A stretch of 64,000 bases of DNA from contig MHUV01000006.1 of assembly GCA_001823545.1 (NCBI GenBank), forward strand, positions 27,437 through 91,436. Direction: 5' to 3'. The DNA comes from Candidatus Yonathbacteria bacterium RIFCSPLOWO2_01_FULL_43_27. GTDB lineage: Bacteria > Patescibacteriota > Minisyncoccia > Phycocordibacterales > UBA1550. The notes beneath the pieces were generated by a model, which saw nothing but the letters and a program-made list of their open reading frames with translations, was not told where the DNA came from and did not search any database. The position numbers were made by a program, and so were the translations under genes. Shown piece by piece: positions 61,278 through 64,000 of this stretch; position 1 is the stretch's first letter, and every line of letters starts with the position of its first letter.

Positions 61278-61946
61278 TCACGGGCACAGTAATCGCATAC
61301 GGGAAATGTATTCCCGGCAGAGAGGAAGTGATTCTTCCCAGAAGCCCAGCGCCTTTTCTGGATCAAAAGGAACCGCACTGAATACAGACTTTCCTTCCAG
61401 TGAATTTGAGCTGACTCCGCATTGTTCCAATATGTCCATTACTTCTTCTTTTGTTTTCTTCACGATCGGTGTGTGGTACGTAATACCATATTCCTTCAAA
61501 AAATCTCTTGTGAGTTCACAAAAACGGTCTTGTTGTTCAATGTATCTGTCTTCTTTTGCTTGATACCCAGAATATCCAGTAGCGATATCGTGAATACCTT
61601 TCTCAAGACAATACAAAACTGCGTCTGTATGAATTGCAAGGGCGAGCGCTATGGGATACACCACGTGTGTTTCATTCGTTTTTTCGATTGCAAGTTTTCT
61701 GACCAGATAAGGATTCACCTTCGTCACCTGAAAGGAGTCAATACGATCTGGAGAAAAATTTATTAGCTCTTTATGGCGTATACTTGAAGGAGAATCTCCG
61801 TTGGGTCCTGTTATGCCAGGATATTCTGAGTACGTGAATAATTGTACATCGTAACTGGCACGTACCATTTCTATGGCTGTAGCTGAGGAATCCTTTCCGC
61901 CGGAAAACAGAACAAGTACTTTCTTGCGAATATCTTTGTTCTTCAT
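61278..61946 (-). CDS. PP-loop ATPase, QueC-like
   Basis: VLVLFSGGKDS PP-loop and TPIVKKTKEEV; lacks the C-terminal Cys cluster of canonical QueC. Confidence 0.7.
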   Translation of the reverse strand: MKNKDIRKKVLVLFSGGKDSSATAIEMVRASYDVQLFTYSEYPGITGPNGDSPSSIRHKELINFSPDRIDSFQVTKVNPYLVRKLAIEKTNETHVVYPIALALAIHTDAVLYCLEKGIHDIATGYSGYQAKEDRYIEQQDRFCELTRDFLKEYGITYHTPIVKKTKEEVMDILEQCGVSSNSLEGKSVFSAVPFDPEKALGFWEESLPLCREYISRMRLLCP

Positions 61947-61963
61947 CAGGTTAATGGGTTAAT

Positions 61964-62009
61964 GAGGACAACCATCATTGTTTTGTCTTTTGTGTATTCT
62001 AATATATTA
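61964..62009 (-). repeat. 46-bp leader shared with 59984-60029
   Basis: gaggacaaccatcattgttttgtcttttgtgtattctaatatatta. Confidence 0.9.
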
Positions 62010-62076
62010 AAATTCCACATTTCTCTTCCCCTTATAATCCCCCCCATTCTACCAAATCCCCCACCAAAACGCACCC

Positions 62077-62105
62077 TTGCATAAAAATTAATTTTCTGGT
62101 ATAAT
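62077..62105 (+). promoter_or_regulatory. Sigma70-type promoter
   Basis: TTGCAT-17 bp-TATAAT with a TG extended -10. Confidence 0.7.
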
Positions 62106-62158
62106 TGTTATTGGAATAAAATCTGTTCAAAATCTACACCACCCAAAAGGAGGCTTAG

Positions 62159-63004
62159 ATGCAGATGAAAAAGCAAGGGTTTGGAGGCTTAACAATCTTA
62201 CTCTTCATGATAGTAGCTCTTATGAGTGGGTGCGCAAGCACCACGGAGCTCGGCAAGGGCGGAAGCATGGCAACAGGGGCCGCGGGTAATAACGGCACTC
62301 AGGGTGAGTCGAAACAGCTCGTCAAATGCGACAAGATAATTGCGACCGTCGAAATCGACGAACCCACATCCGGCGCAGATGCCGTATCATGGGTAATGCT
62401 CGCACAGCAACTCGGGGTACCCTCAGACACGCGACCGCTCATCAATCTCATGGTAGCCCAGTCAGGGTGTTTCAGAGTTGTCGACCGCGCAGCGGGACTC
62501 AGAGCGGCAAAGCGCGAACATGAACTCGCCGAAGCCGGACTGACGCGAAAGAACAGCAGTATAAAGAAGGGCAACATCGTCGAGGCCCAGTATACCCTTG
62601 TACCGAAAGTAGCCATCTCTCAGCAGAACTCTTCAGGAAGAGGGCTTGCCGGCCTTGCGGGATTCATCCCCATCCCGGGAGCGAGTATGATCGGCGCATT
62701 GGCCGGAGGTGTCTCGTCCAAAACGAGCGAGGCACAGGTGGTAGTGACCATCATCAACAACGAGACCCTCGTTCAGGAAGGTGTCGCCGAGGGTAGCGCA
62801 ACCGCAAAAGACTATAGCTTCGGCGGAGGGCTTCTCGGCGTAGGCGGTAATGGTATCGGCGGTGCCGGCATAGGGGCGTGGAACAAAACACCCCAAGGAA
62901 AGGTCGTCATTGCGGCCTTCATGGATTCATGGAACAAACTCGTTCCGATGGTCAAAGACCTGCAGGTTCCACAACAGGCCTCAACGACCACGGGGAAGCA
63001 CTGA
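62159..63004 (+). CDS. CsgG/HfaB-family lipoprotein
   Basis: Lipobox LMSGC, QSGCFRVVDR motif, Gly-rich segments; AAAGGAGG SD. Confidence 0.8.
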   Translation: MQMKKQGFGGLTILLFMIVALMSGCASTTELGKGGSMATGAAGNNGTQGESKQLVKCDKIIATVEIDEPTSGADAVSWVMLAQQLGVPSDTRPLINLMVAQSGCFRVVDRAAGLRAAKREHELAEAGLTRKNSSIKKGNIVEAQYTLVPKVAISQQNSSGRGLAGLAGFIPIPGASMIGALAGGVSSKTSEAQVVVTIINNETLVQEGVAEGSATAKDYSFGGGLLGVGGNGIGGAGIGAWNKTPQGKVVIAAFMDSWNKLVPMVKDLQVPQQASTTTGKH

Positions 63005-63027
63005 TTTCAAGGGGATATAGAGCCCCG

Positions 63028-63059
63028 ATACCCATCTTTTCATAGGTGGGTATTTTTTT
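63028..63059 (+). terminator. Intrinsic terminator
   Basis: atacccatct...aggtgggtat followed by a T-run. Confidence 0.7.
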
Positions 63060-63249
63060 GTTTACGATGCCTGTATTTACCTAGCTACCTAGGACCGCCC
63101 TAGATAAACTTCTATTGATACCCCTCTGCCTGGATGGTGAAGGCGTGGTGGTGTGAATTTTATAGGGAATTTAGGTATTTCGGTTGAATTTTTTGAAATT
63201 CCAAAGGAACTAATTAACTCTAATTAATTTTTCAAAAAGACTGTAGTCA

Positions 63250-63777
63250 CTATTTCACATTCGCGTATAAATAGTCATCGAGAAACTTTTTATTCTTATA
63301 TGCGTGCTTTTTCAATATACCCTCAAACACATATCCATTTTTGAGAAGAGTTTTCTGTGATGCGATGTTGGATGGGTAAGTAAACGCATACATTCGTTTA
63401 AGGCGAAGCTCTTTAAAGCCGAACACTGTTATCAATTTCACAGCTTCGGCCATGATCCCCTTTCCCCAATATGACTCAGAGAGCCAATAACCAATCTCCG
63501 CCATATGATGCTCTGTGATGTTGCGTACACCAATACTGCCAACAACCTCACCATCGACATCAATGACAAAATTGAACATTGACGGTTTTTCTTTCTTATA
63601 CTCTTTTAGATTTTTATCTACCCATTCTTTAGCATCCTTTAGTGTATATGGCGACGGGATAAGTAGAAGATTCTTTATAATCTTCTTATTGTTCAGATTT
63701 TTGGCAAGTGAACTCTCGTCTCCTTTTTTAAAAGGTCTTAAAATAAATTGGGATGCCCGTATCGTTTGTACCTTCAT
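63250..63777 (-). CDS. RimJ/RimL-type GNAT N-acetyltransferase
   Basis: AEIGYWL..YWGKGIM, NIASQKTLLKNGY.FEG; likely start 63777. Confidence 0.9.
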   Translation of the reverse strand: MKVQTIRASQFILRPFKKGDESSLAKNLNNKKIIKNLLLIPSPYTLKDAKEWVDKNLKEYKKEKPSMFNFVIDVDGEVVGSIGVRNITEHHMAEIGYWLSESYWGKGIMAEAVKLITVFGFKELRLKRMYAFTYPSNIASQKTLLKNGYVFEGILKKHAYKNKKFLDDYLYANVK

Positions 63778-63865
63778 CTTTTTAGTATACCATCCTCTCA
63801 AAAAAAACTACTTCCCTACCATCAACTCACGAAAAAGGTTAGGTATTTTATAAGGACCCTATGGT

Positions 63866-64000
63866 ATGCCGACACTCCACCAGTCAATGAGTACTGAGGA
63901 CAATAAGGAAGAATTTTGTTATACCCCAAGGTTGACTTTTGAACAAGTGGCGCCTATACTAAAAATAGATTCCTTAACAACTGCAATATCCATGACATGG
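63866..64000 (+). CDS. Possible start of a hypothetical protein running off the window
   Basis: Open frame from ATG 63866 to the window end; no recognisable motif. Confidence 0.3.
   Translation, partial: MPTLHQSMSTEDNKEEFCYTPRLTFEQVAPILKIDSLTTAISMTW

Overview
Bacterial genomic window with the gene content and style of a Patescibacteria/CPR (Parcubacteria-like) genome; the lineage is my inference. Most genes are on the minus strand. 0-8.8 kb: housekeeping genes (pilM fragment, comF, tRNA-Ser, PIF1-like helicase, htpX, lemA, groEL/groES), a PaaX/Cas2-like gene bracketed by identical perfect 34-bp palindromes, and an uncalled 48-aa ORF with its own promoter and terminator. 8.8-39 kb: a large surface-glycan locus (O-antigen ligase-like/TPR protein, ABC flippase, a pseudaminic-acid-type pathway with unusual tailoring genes, many glycosyl- and methyltransferases, and elp3). 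39-45 kb: pcm, cupredoxin, tRNA-Gln with an adjacent LAGLIDADG endonuclease, pyrG, ftsX. 45-64 kb: a mosaic accessory island. It holds an ABC-2 exporter, a NUDIX hydrolase, a prolyl oligopeptidase and an operon of three micropeptides missed by the ORF track (two Cys/Gly-rich). It also holds a methyltransferase / N-acyl-synthase-like / 7TM histidine kinase trio, hydrolases, DUF397, an IS30 remnant, a REP-associated Y1 transposase, argS, an alarmone synthetase/hydrolase pair, a QueC-like protein and a CsgG-like lipoprotein. Duplicated gene ends and shared leaders mark insertion boundaries. Best candidates for undescribed systems: the micropeptide + prolyl oligopeptidase + exporter module, the palindrome-flanked PaaX/Cas2-like cassette, and the putative signal synthase/receptor trio. 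All product calls come from motif recognition; no database searches were run.
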